A stretch of 64,000 bases of DNA from the human T2T-CHM13v2.0 reference genome, Homo sapiens. Below the pieces are notes generated by a model that saw only the letters and a program-made list of their open reading frames with translations, was not told the origin of the DNA and ran no database searches. The translations under genes were made by a program, and so were the position numbers. The stretch lies in assembly GCF_009914755.1 (NCBI RefSeq), contig NC_060928.1, one strand, 5' to 3'. Below are positions 1-17,331 of this stretch, piece by piece (the stretch's first letter is position 1; each line of letters opens with the position of its first letter).

Positions 1-59
1 ATTAAGTAGAAAGAAGGAAATATTAACAGACTGACAATAGTCTAGAATCAAAGAAAGAT

Positions 60-500
60 AAAAATCTCTGATCCTTCAGATTTCAATCTTCAGATGGATT
101 ATCATAGATAACTCAACAAAATAGATGAAAAAAACCCTATACCTTGATACATTGTGATAAAATTTAAGATCAAAGAGAGAGAAATAATAAGTGATTACAT
201 AAAGGAAGAACATAAAATCTTCAAAAGAACAAGATTAGGTTGACATCAGACTCATCCATAATAACACTGGAGGCAAAAACATAATGAAGTACTATTTCAA
301 GGTACTGATGTAAAAAGAATTTATACCTAGAAAAACTAATATCTAAAAATGATGGAGCAAGAAATATGATGATGTCAGACATTCAAGGCTCAGAAAGTTT
401 GTATTCAAAGCCCAATTTTGAAAAGACTATTGGAAAAAATATCCTAAGAGAAATAAATCTAGGCAGTCATACAGGAATAAGGGTTGAGTAAATAACTAAT
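60..500 (+). mobile_element. Ancient L1M/HAL1-like ORF1 remnant
   Basis: Degenerate A-rich sequence resembling the L1 ORF1 3' region (aagattaggttgacatcagact...acactggaggcaaaa...tttcaaggtactg). No ORF remains. Confidence 0.45.
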
Positions 501-523
501 TTAAATAATGTTTAAGAAAAAAA

Positions 524-528
524 TGTGT

Positions 529-568
<40 letters not shown>
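524..568. repeat. (TG)n microsatellite
   Basis: About 22 TG units read directly, with one interruption. Confidence 0.95.
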
Positions 569-571
<3 letters not shown>

Positions 572-1671
572 GATGATCCAAAACTAAAATTCCATGTAAC
601 AGCAACAAAGCAGGTATGTGTAGTTTGGCTGGGGAAGTGGGGAAGAAAAGAGGGAGCTGAGAGAGTTCTGAAGTCCCTGTCTTAATCAGAAAGAAAACAC
701 AAATGTTGATAGGTATAGGTTGTAGTGGGTTAGTCAAATAGAATATATAATTTTCATATCAGCAGAAAAATAATAAATCTATCATAGGAGGTGGGAAAGG
801 GAAAAAAAAAGAACTCATTCAGTATCTTCTCCCATTGTATTAAATCCCTACTTCCTTTATTCTTAAGTTCTTAATGCGTAAATTGGCAACCTCAGTATGA
901 ATTAACAATTGGTAACACATTCAATTTGCTTATTCCCTTGTCACTACTAAGACCAGTAACATAGTGGCTTTAAATTATGTACTGATATACCTAAAGTCTC
1001 ATTAATTCAGATCTCAACAATTTGTATTTTGTGACATTCCTGACAGGGATGGGCTAAGGTTTAGTTCTGCAAGAGTTTAAAAAAATTAGTAGCATGGCCA
1101 AGGGTACAAGACAGAATACTTAAATTACTTTAGACAATCATTTAAAGATCCCAAACACTTCTTAAGAAGTCATTTATTTATACCCATTTACTTGCAAGTA
1201 CACTATAAATCACTCTTATGTATTCAATAAATCTGTTCTCAAAAGAAGTCATTTGGTCAGAATTTATTTTTCAAATTTCTGTATAAAACGGTAAATGCTT
1301 ATTGTTAGTCTGGACATATAAAATATTTTAATTTTTTCTCAAGACAAAATCCCTTTTCCTCCTTTTAATCTGAATTAGTGAGGTAAGTTTCTACTGTAAA
1401 GAGAAATCTAGTGTTAAATCTTTACTGAGTGACTTCTTATTAACTTTACCTGACAGTGTCCACCCCATAGGTGAGAAGCTGACCGCCCCTGTGGTCATTC
1501 TAGTTCTCAGCCTAAACAGTATCTAGGTTTCGTGTGTTTTTTAACCGTGTACATACATATCATAGGAGGTTGTGTTCAGACATGACAACAAACGGTACAT
1601 AATCAACTCACACATGCCTTACTAAAACAAAATCCAACACATATATTTATTCGGCTAATTATAATGTTATC

Positions 1672-2300
1672 TTTTTTCTTATGGCAGATGAAGGCTTGTT
1701 TTACTGAGTGACTGATAGATATAATTAGCCCATTTTCACATTGCTATAAAGATACTACCTGAGACTGGGTAATTTATAAAAAAAAAAAGATGTTTAATTG
1801 ACTTGCAGTTCCCTATAGCTGGGGATGCCTCAGGAAACTTACAATTATGGCAGAAGATGAAGGGGAAGAAAGCACCTTCTTCACAAGGCAGCAGGAGAAA
1901 GAGAGAGTCCAGGGGAAACTGCCACTTTTAAACCATCAGATCTTGTGAGAACTCCCTATCATGAGAACAGCATGGGGGAAACTGCCCCCATGACCCAGTC
2001 ACCTGCCACCAGGACCCTCCCTGGACTCACAGGGATTAAAACTTGAAATGAGATTTGGGTGGGTACACAGAGCCAAACCACATCAACCACTATGCTTACA
2101 TAAGAGAGGGGGGCCTTCATGTCTTCATCTCTTCCTGCTTGGACAGAGTCTTGGTTACCTCCTTCTTGGCCTGAAGTGGCTCCTCGGGGCACTCCTGTAC
2201 TTCCTTGGTCTTAACCTTGGGGGCCTATCTGGTTAGCCAGGGGCTTCTTGCAGGCCTTCTCTGCCTTCAGCTTGTGGATGTGTTTCAGGAGAATCTGCTT
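1672..2300 (-). pseudogene. RPL19 processed pseudogene, 3' half (C-terminal CDS, 3'UTR, poly(A) remnant), interrupted by an LTR
   Basis: The minus strand at 2300-2115 reads KQILLKHIHKLKAEKACKKPLANQ...KTKEVQ..EEPLQAKKEVTKTLSKQEEMKT*, against RPL19 [24 protein letters not shown]...QAKKEEIIKTLSKEEETKK. The stretch gcagatgaaggcttgtttta at 1684 matches the reverse complement of the RPL19 3'UTR end, next to a T-tract at 1672-1680. Confidence 0.85.
1720..2085 (-). mobile_element. MaLR solo LTR (THE1/MST type)
   Basis: The reverse complement starts tgatgtggtttggctctgtg..cccacccaaatctcat. It contains the typical cctgagactgggtaatttata and aaccatcagatcttgtgagaact, and is about 365 bp long. Confidence 0.9.
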
Positions 2301-2361
2301 GATTCTCATTCACCTAAAAGATAATGTAATTTTTAAGAGAAAAAAAGTCAGATATGTTATT

Positions 2362-2740
2362 TTTCTTTGAGTACCATGGCCACAGCCATACATCTTGCTC
2401 AGGCAACCGAAGAGGCATGCCTCCAGCATCCTCTGCCATGACGAAAAGGCCTCATAGGATCCCAGTGAAACCAACCAAACAGTCAATGCCAACTCTAGCC
2501 AGCAGATCTGGAAGTTGATCAAAGATGGGCTGATCCCACTAGACTATGACGGTCCATTCCCAGGTTCCATGCCAGAAAGGGGCAGGCACATGGGTACATG
2601 TAGTCCTAATGGCCCTGCAGATGCTGGAATGTCCCAGAAGGTAACCTGCATGAGGAAGAGGAGGACTCTGCACCAGTTTCTTAGAAGATACAGTGAATCT
2701 GAAATTGACCACCACCTGTATCACAGCCTGTACCTGAAAA
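2362..2740 (+). pseudogene. RPL19 processed pseudogene, 5' half (inverted relative to the 3' half)
   Basis: [26 protein letters not shown]...GRHMG...KVTCMRKRRTLHQFLRRYSES.IDHHLYHSLYLK matches RPL19 [26 protein letters not shown]...GRHMG..[35 protein letters not shown]. It is intronless, has indels, and the start codon is mutated (gccacagccata). Confidence 0.9.
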
Positions 2741-2779
2741 AGACTTGCCATTTTAGAACCTAGCACTGACTTGCCCATG

Positions 2780-3005
2780 CAGGACCCTGCAGAGTCTCCT
2801 TTCTCTCTGCCATGGCAACCTGCAATGTAACAACCAGTGATGCTCCATCAGTCTTGACTCCTGAGTAAAGAGCTGAAGGATGACTGCTTAGGATCAGAGC
2901 TACAGACACCACAGCTCCAGAGAGAAATACACTTTGTTGTTTTAAGCTGGAATTTGTGGGACTGTTTATTATTGCAGCATAACCCAGCCCATCATGACAG
3001 ACACA
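2780..3005 (+). mobile_element. Old MLT1-type MaLR LTR fragment
   Basis: The 3' end resembles MLT1 termini (ctttgttgttttaagc...ttattgcagcataacc...gacagacaca). Confidence 0.45.
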
Positions 3006-3574
3006 GCATCTTCCTTATTCCAGACAACAATCAGACAAGGGAGACAATATTGCTAAAAAAAAAAAAAAAAAAGTAACTTATGTAAAAGTGGAGACTTGGG
3101 AAACTAAATAATTCATGTCCGAAGTCACACTGCCAGCATTTGACCTGTCTCATTCCAAAGCCCACTGTGTTTCCACCTTATCACTTTGACTCAAAAAATG
3201 TTTTGAAGTACAACTCATTAGACTTGCTATCATTATTAGAAATCAGGAAGTTTCAGACAAATATTTGTTGAGCAATGTTGAACATGCCCTTGAACCACTT
3301 TTCCAGTGATGAAGGGGATGAAGTCTCTGTGCCAGCTAAGAATACTTCCAGAGGCTAAAGAGAAGGCTGGCTGAAAAATTTCCTTTAGGATCTGCAGGAA
3401 TTTAAGCTTCACCATAATTTCCATCAAGGGATAAATGAATAAGAGCCACATAGATTGTCTAAAACCTAATTTTAGAGTCACATGCCCATCAATTTCAACA
3501 TACTTTATCCAAGACTTCTCTAAACTCTAGACATTACAAATGTCATTCCGCTCCTATTTTTTTTAAAGGAACAC

Positions 3575-8290
<4,716 letters not shown>

Positions 8291-9769
8291 TTTGATCTTC
8301 TGAATCAATCTTCTGAACACCCATTCTGAATTTATGTCTTAGTCATTCCACTGATCACTCCCTTCTTACCACTTGAACCTCCAACTAATTGACCTATAAA
8401 CTACTCACCCAATCTTTACCCCACTAAACACATACTACAGAGTTATTCTATCTCATAGAATAACATTTATTAATAGAACTAAAGACCTCTATTTGGGTTA
8501 CACAGAGCTACTGGACTGCATCAGAGAGGAAGTTCTAACTCAGTCTGGTTAGCCTGCCAAACATACATAGGGCCACAGGACTCAGGTGAAAACCAGAATT
8601 ACAGATTGTAGATGTTTCAAAAGTTTACATTTGAATTAATTATTCTGACAGCAGAACAAGACTGCTTTTTGGCCTTTTTTCTTTTTTCTCGTCAGAAGGG
8701 TTTAGTAATTCAGTGTTGTTAAGACACAGGTTGAGAGAAATGTATCTAATTTATTAAGAATCAGAATTGGAGTGGAATACGTAAAAGGTGGCAAAACATA
8801 AAAAGCCCGTGATTTCAGGGATGCCCTAGTGACTGTGGATACAAGCTGATCAATGCAAATTAAGAGAGATACAGTGACTCATTAGAAAGATCTGATGCTT
8901 AGTTTAGAACCCAGACTGCATTATGGGTCATAATGGCATTCCTCTTTCCCCTTCGAGTTCCATGGACTCTCCTTATTTCCTGCATTTGAGAAATGCAAGC
9001 AAAGTGCCCTCTTGGGCACCAAACGGGAGTCTCTCTCTGCTTCCTCTGCAGTGACAAATGACAGAGTTGGACTGTCCCAGCTGGAATCATCCAGGGAAGA
9101 TGCCATCCATGGAGTGCTAAGAGAGAAATGTCATGCCTAAGAAAGTGCTTTGCCTCACACATCCTTCATGGCCAGGTGTACTGAAGTGCCTGAACCAATG
9201 CTGGCCCTGTTGTCCTCAACCAAAATAATTTTCTTCATGGAATATATTTATGATGGCTTAAAAAAACTTAAAATGCAATTTAAAAGTTTCTGGGAGAACC
9301 AGAGTATCAGAATGAAAGTTAGAAGAGAGGAGTTGGAGATCCAGTATTGCTGCTGACTGGCTCTTTGACTTGGGGCAAGTTAATTTCAGCTTTCCCAGCC
9401 AAATGGTTGCTAAGGTGTCTTACAGCTCTAGTTTTCATTGTAACTTGTTACCCAGGGAAGCACACTACCAAACTTATCCAGTGAGATAAGACAGGAAAGA
9501 TTTAATCACATTCTCTCTCAACCAAAGTTAATCAGTCTTCATTATCAGAAACTTATTTTTTATTACATATATTAGTTTCTTATGTTGTGAGTTAATCCTA
9601 GATCTCTCAGAGAAAAATGTGTATTTCCTTTCGCATCACCTATTTCTATTATTGTGGTTTATTTATGTATTTATTTTTAATAATTAGATAAGTGGATCCT
9701 GATGTTAACTAACAACTTATACCAATCTGAAAAGGGTTAGCTTTATGAGTACTTCCTTTAGTTTGCCCC

Positions 9770-9822
9770 TATGTCAACTGAGGCCTTGGTCATGGGTTTG
9801 GTCCATATATAGGCCATTAGCT
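9770..9822 (+). mobile_element. Possible tRNA-derived ancient SINE remnant (MamSINE1-like)
   Basis: gaggccttggtcatgggtttggtcc..ataggccattagct resembles a degraded B-box/T-arm head. Confidence 0.3.
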
Positions 9823-10446
9823 ACATGTGAAGAAGATCTCAGGTTCTGATTTGCTGCCTTGGGAAGTGAGGTTGTTAATCATAGGGGGTACACTGACAGG
9901 ATGTAAATATGGCTCATCACCATAACTGGAAAAAAGCAATGTTAATGCGCCTCTCCCGCCACATATAGTCATCTTGGTGCTGATGCTCACCTTCCAGTAT
10001 AATGAAAAGTTCAAATTCATCTGTCAGGCAGAATGCATTAAACCAGGATAAGAAAGTAAGGGTCAGTGAATTAGAATAAACATACTTACTACACACATAA
10101 AATAAAACAAAACCCCAAATCCACACTTCCAAAACAGGTTTGAGATGACATTTCAATTGAAGATTCACCACATTAAAGAGTTCCTTGTTCCTGAGCGATG
10201 TGCTGTAGATCATTAATTCTATAAACATGCAAGTAGCTGCCATGTTTTTGGTGGATCTGTGTCATATCACTGCCACAGTGATAAAGGAAGCTGAAGAAGC
10301 TCCAACACATGGAAAATAAACCAGATCACTGCACAGGCTCATTTATATGGAACAGAGGACTAAGTTGGATGTTAAACATTTTAAAGATTTCCCATTGCTT
10401 CTCTTTCCTTTGTCAGGGGGTGTATTTTGCAGAATGTATATGAAAA

Positions 10447-10506
10447 TAACTTCTAAGTGATATAAAAGCTTGCATCTTAACTTCTAAGTGATATAAAAGC
10501 TTGCAT
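10447..10506. repeat. 31-bp tandem duplication
   Basis: taacttctaagtgatataaaagcttgcat occurs at 10447 and 10478. Confidence 0.95.
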
Positions 10507-10568
10507 TTTATATGGGGAAAATACATGTATTCAGACTATTTTTAACCACTTGAATTTTGCATCTCTTC

Positions 10569-10737
10569 CTTTTTTTTTTTTTTTTTTGAGACAGGGTTTC
10601 GCTCTGTCATCCAGGCTGGAGTGCTGTGGCACGGTCATAGCTCACTGCAGCCTCAAACTCCTGGGCTTAAGTGATCCTCTTGTCTCAGCCTAACTCAGAG
10701 TAGTTAGGACTACAGGTGTGTGCCACCACACCCGGCT
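10569..10737 (-). mobile_element. Alu monomer (FRAM/FLAM/AluJ arm)
   Basis: Poly-T followed by gagacagggtttcgctctgtc...ctcactgcagcctcaaactcctggg. Single arm only. Confidence 0.85.
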
Positions 10738-11819
10738 CCTTCCAATTTTTTATTGATAACTTTTACTTCCCATGTCACACAGTCACTATTATTTCTCTTT
10801 CTGGTGTTTGCAGAGATCCCCTTCTATTTTCTCCCTTGTATGCCAAGTATCTTTCGACACTTCTTTTTAGTCACAAACACCTTTACATTGCTTATCGTCT
10901 TCCTTCTTACTCATTTGGGTCACCTTTTCCCATAAGCTCAAATAATCTTAAAACAAATCCAATTTGGAATCTGTTACTGAAGAATTCTAGCTGATAAAAG
11001 TGTTTTGGATCTCTTTCTCTGGGAGCCTTGAGAAATAAAGTTAAAGGTCATTTCTTTAATTGTACATGCAGACAATAGTTTTTATAGCATTTGAAAAGTA
11101 TACCTATTAATAAACTTTAGGATAATAAAAACTTAGACAAAATCTAACCAAAATGACATACAATGTTAAGTATGGGAAGGGTCTTTAAACAACACTGTCT
11201 CATCTATGGCAAGGTTCTATGGTCTGACTGTAATGCCTATTGAGAAGCCCTTGTCTATTTGGTTTTCTTTATACTTGGGGAGAAAAAAGACAAAAAGGGA
11301 AACAAGAAAACCAGCAATGTTCAACAACCTTCCAGGCTATTTCCAAGAACAATCTTTGTACCTCACAACATCTCCACCTAGTGACTCCTTAAGGATCTTA
11401 CAGCCATTCCTAGAAATTACTTGTTTTAAATTGCCACTAATATGCCTAACCTCATTTCAGATAATTTAACCTTAAACACATGTATTTAGAATTAATTACT
11501 AGGAATTGAAAAGGTACCGACATGAAAATGAAGAATGAGGAGAATCTTTTTCTGGAGAAATAAAAGAGCAGCAAAAAATAGTAATCAATATAACAATCAC
11601 AGTTCCCGAGGTACAGAATTGGTGACATGTCAAACAAAGCCAACTAGATCTATCAGTCTAGGTTTTCTAGTTGCTTTATTTTGAATGCATACATCTTATA
11701 TAAAATGACACTTGTATTCATTGACTAAAGGGCAGACGGCTTACAAAAAATATTTGTTGAGCTTCCAGTGTGCATCAAGTACTATGCCAAGTTTTCTACT
11801 TGTTTCTGGACGTATTTTG

Positions 11820-12010
11820 AGACAGTATAGTATAGCAATTATGTCTGTAGGTTTCAAACTGGAGCCACTTACTTGCTATATGACTTTGCCCAAACTACTT
11901 AAGGTTTCTGCATCTGTTTCCCCGTCTGCAAAGTAGGGCTAGTAACTTTACCAAAGTTACTGTGAGAATTAAATGAAAATATGAAAAGTCCTTAGGATTG
12001 TTTCTGGCAT
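11820..12010 (+). mobile_element. MIR remnant
   Basis: ccacttacttgctatatgactttgccc...ctgtttcccgtctgcaaagtaggg...gtgagaattaaatga resembles the MIR core. Confidence 0.6.
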
Positions 12011-13087
12011 CTGGCTCAATATTTGGTAATATCATATATTATTTTATTCTCACAATCCCCACTTTAAACAGGGTCTGTCTGGCTCCAAAGTCCCTGCTAA
12101 TTCCTCACTGTTGTAGTATATTTAAAAATTAAAAATATACTTTAACAAAATTTAAATTGGTAGACATTCATTAGTTCCTTGAACATATGGAGAAAATACA
12201 TTAGGAGTTAATGTGGAAGAAATCACCTTGAGGTTGGGAATAAGGAGATCTGTGTTACTCGGTGAATATTCTGGGCATGAAGTTCCTTGTTAATTAGAGA
12301 ATCAACATGAGCTAGGTTCTTTATTGTCTAATATTCCATGAATCTAATATTATCTATACATAAATAGTTGGTTCCTAAAGGTGGTTTTTTCTTTCCTTGT
12401 CTGCATTTAATTTCGAGCTGTCTTCAAAGGAAGCAAAACTGAAGTTATGCATACCGAATGCCAAACAACCCTATCTGTGAAAGTTGGTTTTACAAGAGCA
12501 TAGAACCCAGTTCGGCAGTTCGCCTCTGCCAAATGTCCCTGCAAGCTGATTAGTGGTAGCGTCAAGCCTATCGCTAGTTCTCCTCATCTAACCCATTTTC
12601 TTAGTCATTGTCATTTAAACCACTTATACTTTATACTTCTAGTCCTATTTGCAAATCCATCTTTTAGCTTTATAACCCACCTCCCCCTAGCCCTTAATTT
12701 CAAAGGTCCACCGGATATATGTGGTTGTTTTGCGCCAAACTAGCAGTTTACAAGAAAACTACATCAAACAAGAAAAAGAACCAATACGATGCATCTATGT
12801 TTTCCCTTAAGTGCGGAATTTCACACTGCAGCCCTCGTCTTCAAACACCTAAACAATGCACCTAGGACCTTCATTTATTATTCCGTGCCCACCCACACCC
12901 TAAAAATCGCTCTCTTCACCCCAATTGCTCGAAATGCCTGTCACTCCAAGCACTTTGACTAGCCCAAGAGCCTCATTTAAACTTTAGCCCCACTCTCTCC
13001 TCCTCGCCCCGCCCCGAAGCTAATCCCTGATTGGATGAGGCACCACTCCTCGTGGGGCTGCTTAGGCCACCGCGCGCGCTGCGCGCT

Positions 13088-13252
13088 GGGAAACGAGTGG
13101 AGACACGAGGACCAGCGCGAGCGGTCCCGGTGGGCTACCCTCCCCCTGCGACGACCCCCCCTCGCTCTGACCGACTGGTCCCCTAAACGGTGGCGGCGGT
13201 TTTTGGTCGTTGGGCCCCGGGATTTAGGACCAACATTTGAAGACCCGAAGGG
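13088..13252 (+). other. RBM46: RBM46 non-coding exon 1a (start approximate)
   Basis: Lies downstream of the GC and CCAAT boxes and ends at donor GG|GTGAGG (GT 13253). Contains no ATG. The start is inferred. Confidence 0.65.
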
Positions 13253-13319
13253 GTGAGGAGGGGAAAGGGGAAACGGGGTCACTACCAGACCACTGCTAAC
13301 GGCTGGATAGTGCCCGGCT

Positions 13320-13488
13320 CACTCTCACGCCGAATACACAGTGGGGGCTGGCGGCGGTGGCTGCGGGGTTCACCCTCGTCCTTCCCCAGCCCCGTCGAGC
13401 AGTGGGAGGGCAAGTGTCCGAGACGCTGCTTCCTGCCCCGGCAGCATCCGGCCAGAAGGCGCCCTCGCCGTCACCCAGGCGCTGCATG
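13320..13488 (+). other. RBM46: Candidate alternative first exon 1b (start approximate)
   Basis: Inr-like ctcactct near 13318 and donor ATG|GTGAGG (GT 13489). Confidence 0.45.
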
Positions 13489-14288
13489 GTGAGGGCCCAG
13501 CGGCCAGTCTCTTTGGGGCGTCTGGCGGCCTCTTCCGCCCCGCGGCGCCCTGCGCTCTCCGCCTTATTTCCGCTCTCCCCCGCTGCCTTCCGGCCGCTTC
13601 CCACCTGTGCTGCATTTCGTGTTATTTTCCTGACACGCTTACGCCGACGACCAACGACCGCTGCAGGCCCGGGCCGCTGCCTGGCCGTTGTAGGGTCCGC
13701 GCGTCCCCTGGAGGCTTTGGACGCCGTCTGGGGCGTCCCGACGGCTGGGTGAGATTCAGCAGTCTGGTTTCAGAATTGAATTCAGGCTGGGTGAGCTTTA
13801 GCGGGCTCCTAGTCGTTTGCGTGGAGTTCTAGCCGGGACTGAGCCTCGAACTTTACTTTGCCTTTGTCTCCCTGTTTCTTCCCCGAGTACCTCGTGTGTG
13901 CTGGGCTGTGGGCAGTGGGAGGCCGCGGGTGCACAGGGAAGATAGCTCGCCTCTCCCCCGACACACGGACGGCAGCACACGTCGTGGCACCGCCTTTGTT
14001 TCCTAACATCTGGTAGTTTTTAAACCCCTAATTTAAAAATGTTTCTTTGGAGCTGCTGGAAAAACCACAGAACCAGCGGCATTTAATCCTGGCGTTGATA
14101 TTCTGAGATATTGCGAAGCTGCTTGATTTATTTGGGCACCAGTTTTCTCCTATGTAAATTTAGCTTAGGTAATATTTAAGTTCTTTAAGCTTTAACTGTC
14201 TTTACATTCTTGATAAATTCCCCGTAACCTTTATGTTATGTGGTAATCCTAATATAGGCAAATATCAAAGAGGAAATATCATAAGGAG

Positions 14289-14592
14289 TTTTTTTGTTTT
14301 GTTTTTTGTTTTGTTTTGAGACGGAGTCTCGCTCTGTCTCCCAGGCGGGAGAGCAGTGGCAGGATCTCGGCTGACTGCAACTTCCGCCTACTGGGTTCAA
14401 GCGATTCTCCTGCCTCAAACTCTCGGGAGTAGCTGGGACTACAGGCGCGCGCCACCACGCCCAGCTGATTTTTGTATTAGTAGAGACAGGGTTTCACCAT
14501 GTTGGCCAGGATGGTCTCGATCTCTGGACCTCATGATCCACCCGCCTCGGCCTCCCCAAGTGCTGGGATTACAGGCGTGAGCCATCGCCGCC
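14289..14592 (-). mobile_element. Alu (S/Y type)
   Basis: Full dimer in antisense with a (TTTTG)n tail. Confidence 0.95.
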
Positions 14593-15816
14593 GAGCTTTT
14601 TAAGTCTTGGCTTCTCTTAAAAATTGGCCTGATTTTGTGTTTGAGAATGGCGTTATAACCAGGAAGCAGGATATGTTGCGTGTATAAGGAGAATAACATA
14701 TAAAGGACATGTTCAAGGGTCTGTAGAATTTTGCTTATTTAAATAATGGGAAGATATTTTCGTTTCAAGAATCACCACGATGTATATACAGTTTGACAGA
14801 CTTCCATTTGGATCTTTTCAGAATTGAATCTCCTTATGGGGGTCTAATAATAGACTTGTTTTCAGGGCACACGTTTAAAACATTCTACTTTAAACTTTGT
14901 TTGCATCTGTCTGCATTTGTTTGCATTGTTAATAAAATTTGTTTGCATCTTTATAGACATAAAGATGACAGTGCTGCCTGCAATCACTAAATATTAATGC
15001 TTTCTGCTTAAGGCACTGCTTTGATTGCTGATTTTCACTTAAGAGGTTGGAGTAATGTACTTGAATATTATTGCCAAATATAATACATATCAACACTTAA
15101 AATATATGCATTACTGGATATATTATGAAACAAGAATTATTAATAACGAGAACAAACCCAGTTTATGGACTGAAATTAAGTCTCAGGTTTAATGGTGTTA
15201 TTTTATTGTTAGGAGAAGGAAGACATGTCAGTTTAAGTAGAGTTTGTGACTACAAATCAAGTAATTGCTGTAAAAATTGTCCAGATTTGCATATTAATGC
15301 CGAATGTTATTTCTCATTTTACTACCCGATGATTGATGAGGCAAGAAAATGTGATCTCTATGTTCAAATTGGTAACAGATTTAAAATAACAGATTATGAA
15401 GGACCTTGTGTAAGGAATGGTGTACTTAATTTGGACAAGAATATGTAGATATCTTTATCCTGAATTCAAACAGCATATACACCTTTGTGTTCAAAGCAGT
15501 ATTTTTTAAAAGTATTAGTTACAGTTTTTTTAAATAGTTCAATTTTTAAGTCATTCAGAATTTAAACTTAATATTAAAACTTTTATCCATTATATATTTA
15601 ACTTCTAGCAATAAAATGTGCTCTCATTCTTTAATAAAAACAACTTAAAATGGAATTGAACTGATCCATCTGTACACTTATTTCGAAATAATTTTAGACT
15701 TCCATGTCCACACACTTTTGATTAACTCTTCTCGTTTTCCAAGAACGAGAAGTGTAGTGGCTGTAGTGCAGTCTGTCACTAAAATGAATTGCTGCTTAAA
15801 AACAAACCGAAAACCT

Positions 15817-15850
15817 CCATTGACCTGGCAACCATTGACCTGGCAACCAT
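15817..15850. repeat. 15-bp tandem repeat (ccattgacctggcaa) x2.3
   Basis: Read directly. Confidence 0.9.
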
Positions 15851-17331
15851 GGTTTCCATGTACCATACTCAATGACAACAGTGCTAACAAATCAGGAGTT
15901 TAGTACCATGTAATTCAAGAAATGTCATAAACATTTAATGTGCCCCTATAAAGGCACGCTTTGATATTCTTAATTTTTTTCATTATTACATTGAGTTTTT
16001 AAAACCCACAGTAAGATTATATAATGTTCTCTTTCACAGCTTTCTAAATTTTTACAGTAACTTGGAAGATGAAGTTTCAGTTGAAGTAGTTTTAATACAG
16101 CTGACACAGTTCCTTTAAATAATTTTCATTAATGTTTTGCTTAAATTGTGCTTGTCTTTTTTCATTAATATACTTTCTATTTTTGAATGGCAGTACAAAT
16201 TTGAAAATACATATTTTTGATAATTGTTAAGAAGGTTAAAATTAAAGGAGATATAGTTAGCACTTAAAGATAAAGGCTTGATTCACATTGTTACTTGAAT
16301 AGCTTGTGATTTGCTATCCTGTCTTGGCCTTTTGCTTCATACCTTAGAGAGGTTTTTTCCTTCTATTTTTTCTTTTGAAAGTGAGCTAGAGAGGAATCTT
16401 TGAAAGTCTACAGTTTAGGGAAAAAAATACATATCTGAAAGCTAGAGTTAAATATGGCACAACTTTTAATTTCTCATTCCCACTTTGTCTGCAAAACCAT
16501 TTTTGACATTCTACTCAGGATCCCTCCTTCTCTTACTTGGATTACTTGGGTCAGCAGGGTAAGGAAATAAGTTTTTAGAACGCTTTGTAGTGTGACTTCA
16601 CACCTGAAAGTGGCAGAGGACAAATTAAGTCTGGAAGCCTCAATTGGTATGTCAGTTTTGCTTTAATGTATAGGACAGATGTGCTTTCTTGGATATTTAG
16701 GTAACAGGTTGATTCTGGAGTATTTTAGAATGAATGTATTGTATGCTTGTTTTAGATTTGATTATATTTCTCTGGCTATTCTTGAATTTTGCCTCTTTTA
16801 GAAATAAACTTTTGTTAAATTAATATGTTAAAGTTAGGTAATTTTGAACTTTCTTGTGAATTATACACGTGCATATATTTTGTTTTGGAGGCTTTGAGAT
16901 AAGGGTTTTTTTTTCTAAAGAGAATATAGGATTGGTGACTCTTCAGTGTGTCTTTTACTTCTGTAATTTCAAGCTTTCATAATATTTTGATTGAGATTTC
17001 TTGAGATGTACAAAGTCTAGCATATGTTTCTAGTCATTATCTAGTAAAAGGAGCCTTTAATGTGTATGGACTGGCATGTTATTTCATTGTAAGAACCTAA
17101 ATAATCTCTTTAAAAATAGAACTTTAGAGACATGAATTAACCCAAAAAATAGGTCTGTAAGGTAATTGTAGAGATGGGTTGGATTGCAGAAATCAGCCAT
17201 TTGGAGCTAGCTGTGAATTGTAGTTAAAAAAAAAAAAGTCTTGTTTATTAAGTTAAATTCTACATTTTGGATAAAACGGGAGCATATTTATTATTTCTAT
17301 AACCAGTAAGTAGCATATGTAAGGTACCATA

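Larger units (their letters stand above)
13000..13995. promoter_or_regulatory. RBM46: CpG island promoter of RBM46
   Basis: Abrupt GC/CpG-rich kilobase in an AT-rich background. Contains a GC box CCCCGCCCC (13007-13015), an inverted CCAAT (ATTGG 13030-13034), a (CG)n/GCGC run (13071-13086) and MYB-type TAACGG (13297) and CCGTTG (13685). Confidence 0.9.

Noticed and set aside
10447-10506. Short direct repeats as a CRISPR-like array (also 38991, 54274, 59031)
   Set aside because: Only two adjacent copies each, with no spacers, in a mammalian context. They are simple slippage duplications.
12977-14009. Cluster of overlapping 60-163 aa ORFs on both strands
   Set aside because: Expected from stop-codon scarcity in a CpG island. 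They are low-complexity Arg/Pro/Gly/Ala-rich with no recognisable domain.
14895-14950. Three tttgtttgcat copies resembling Oct/Sox/Fox sites
   Set aside because: No exact octamer, and plausible by chance in AT-rich DNA.
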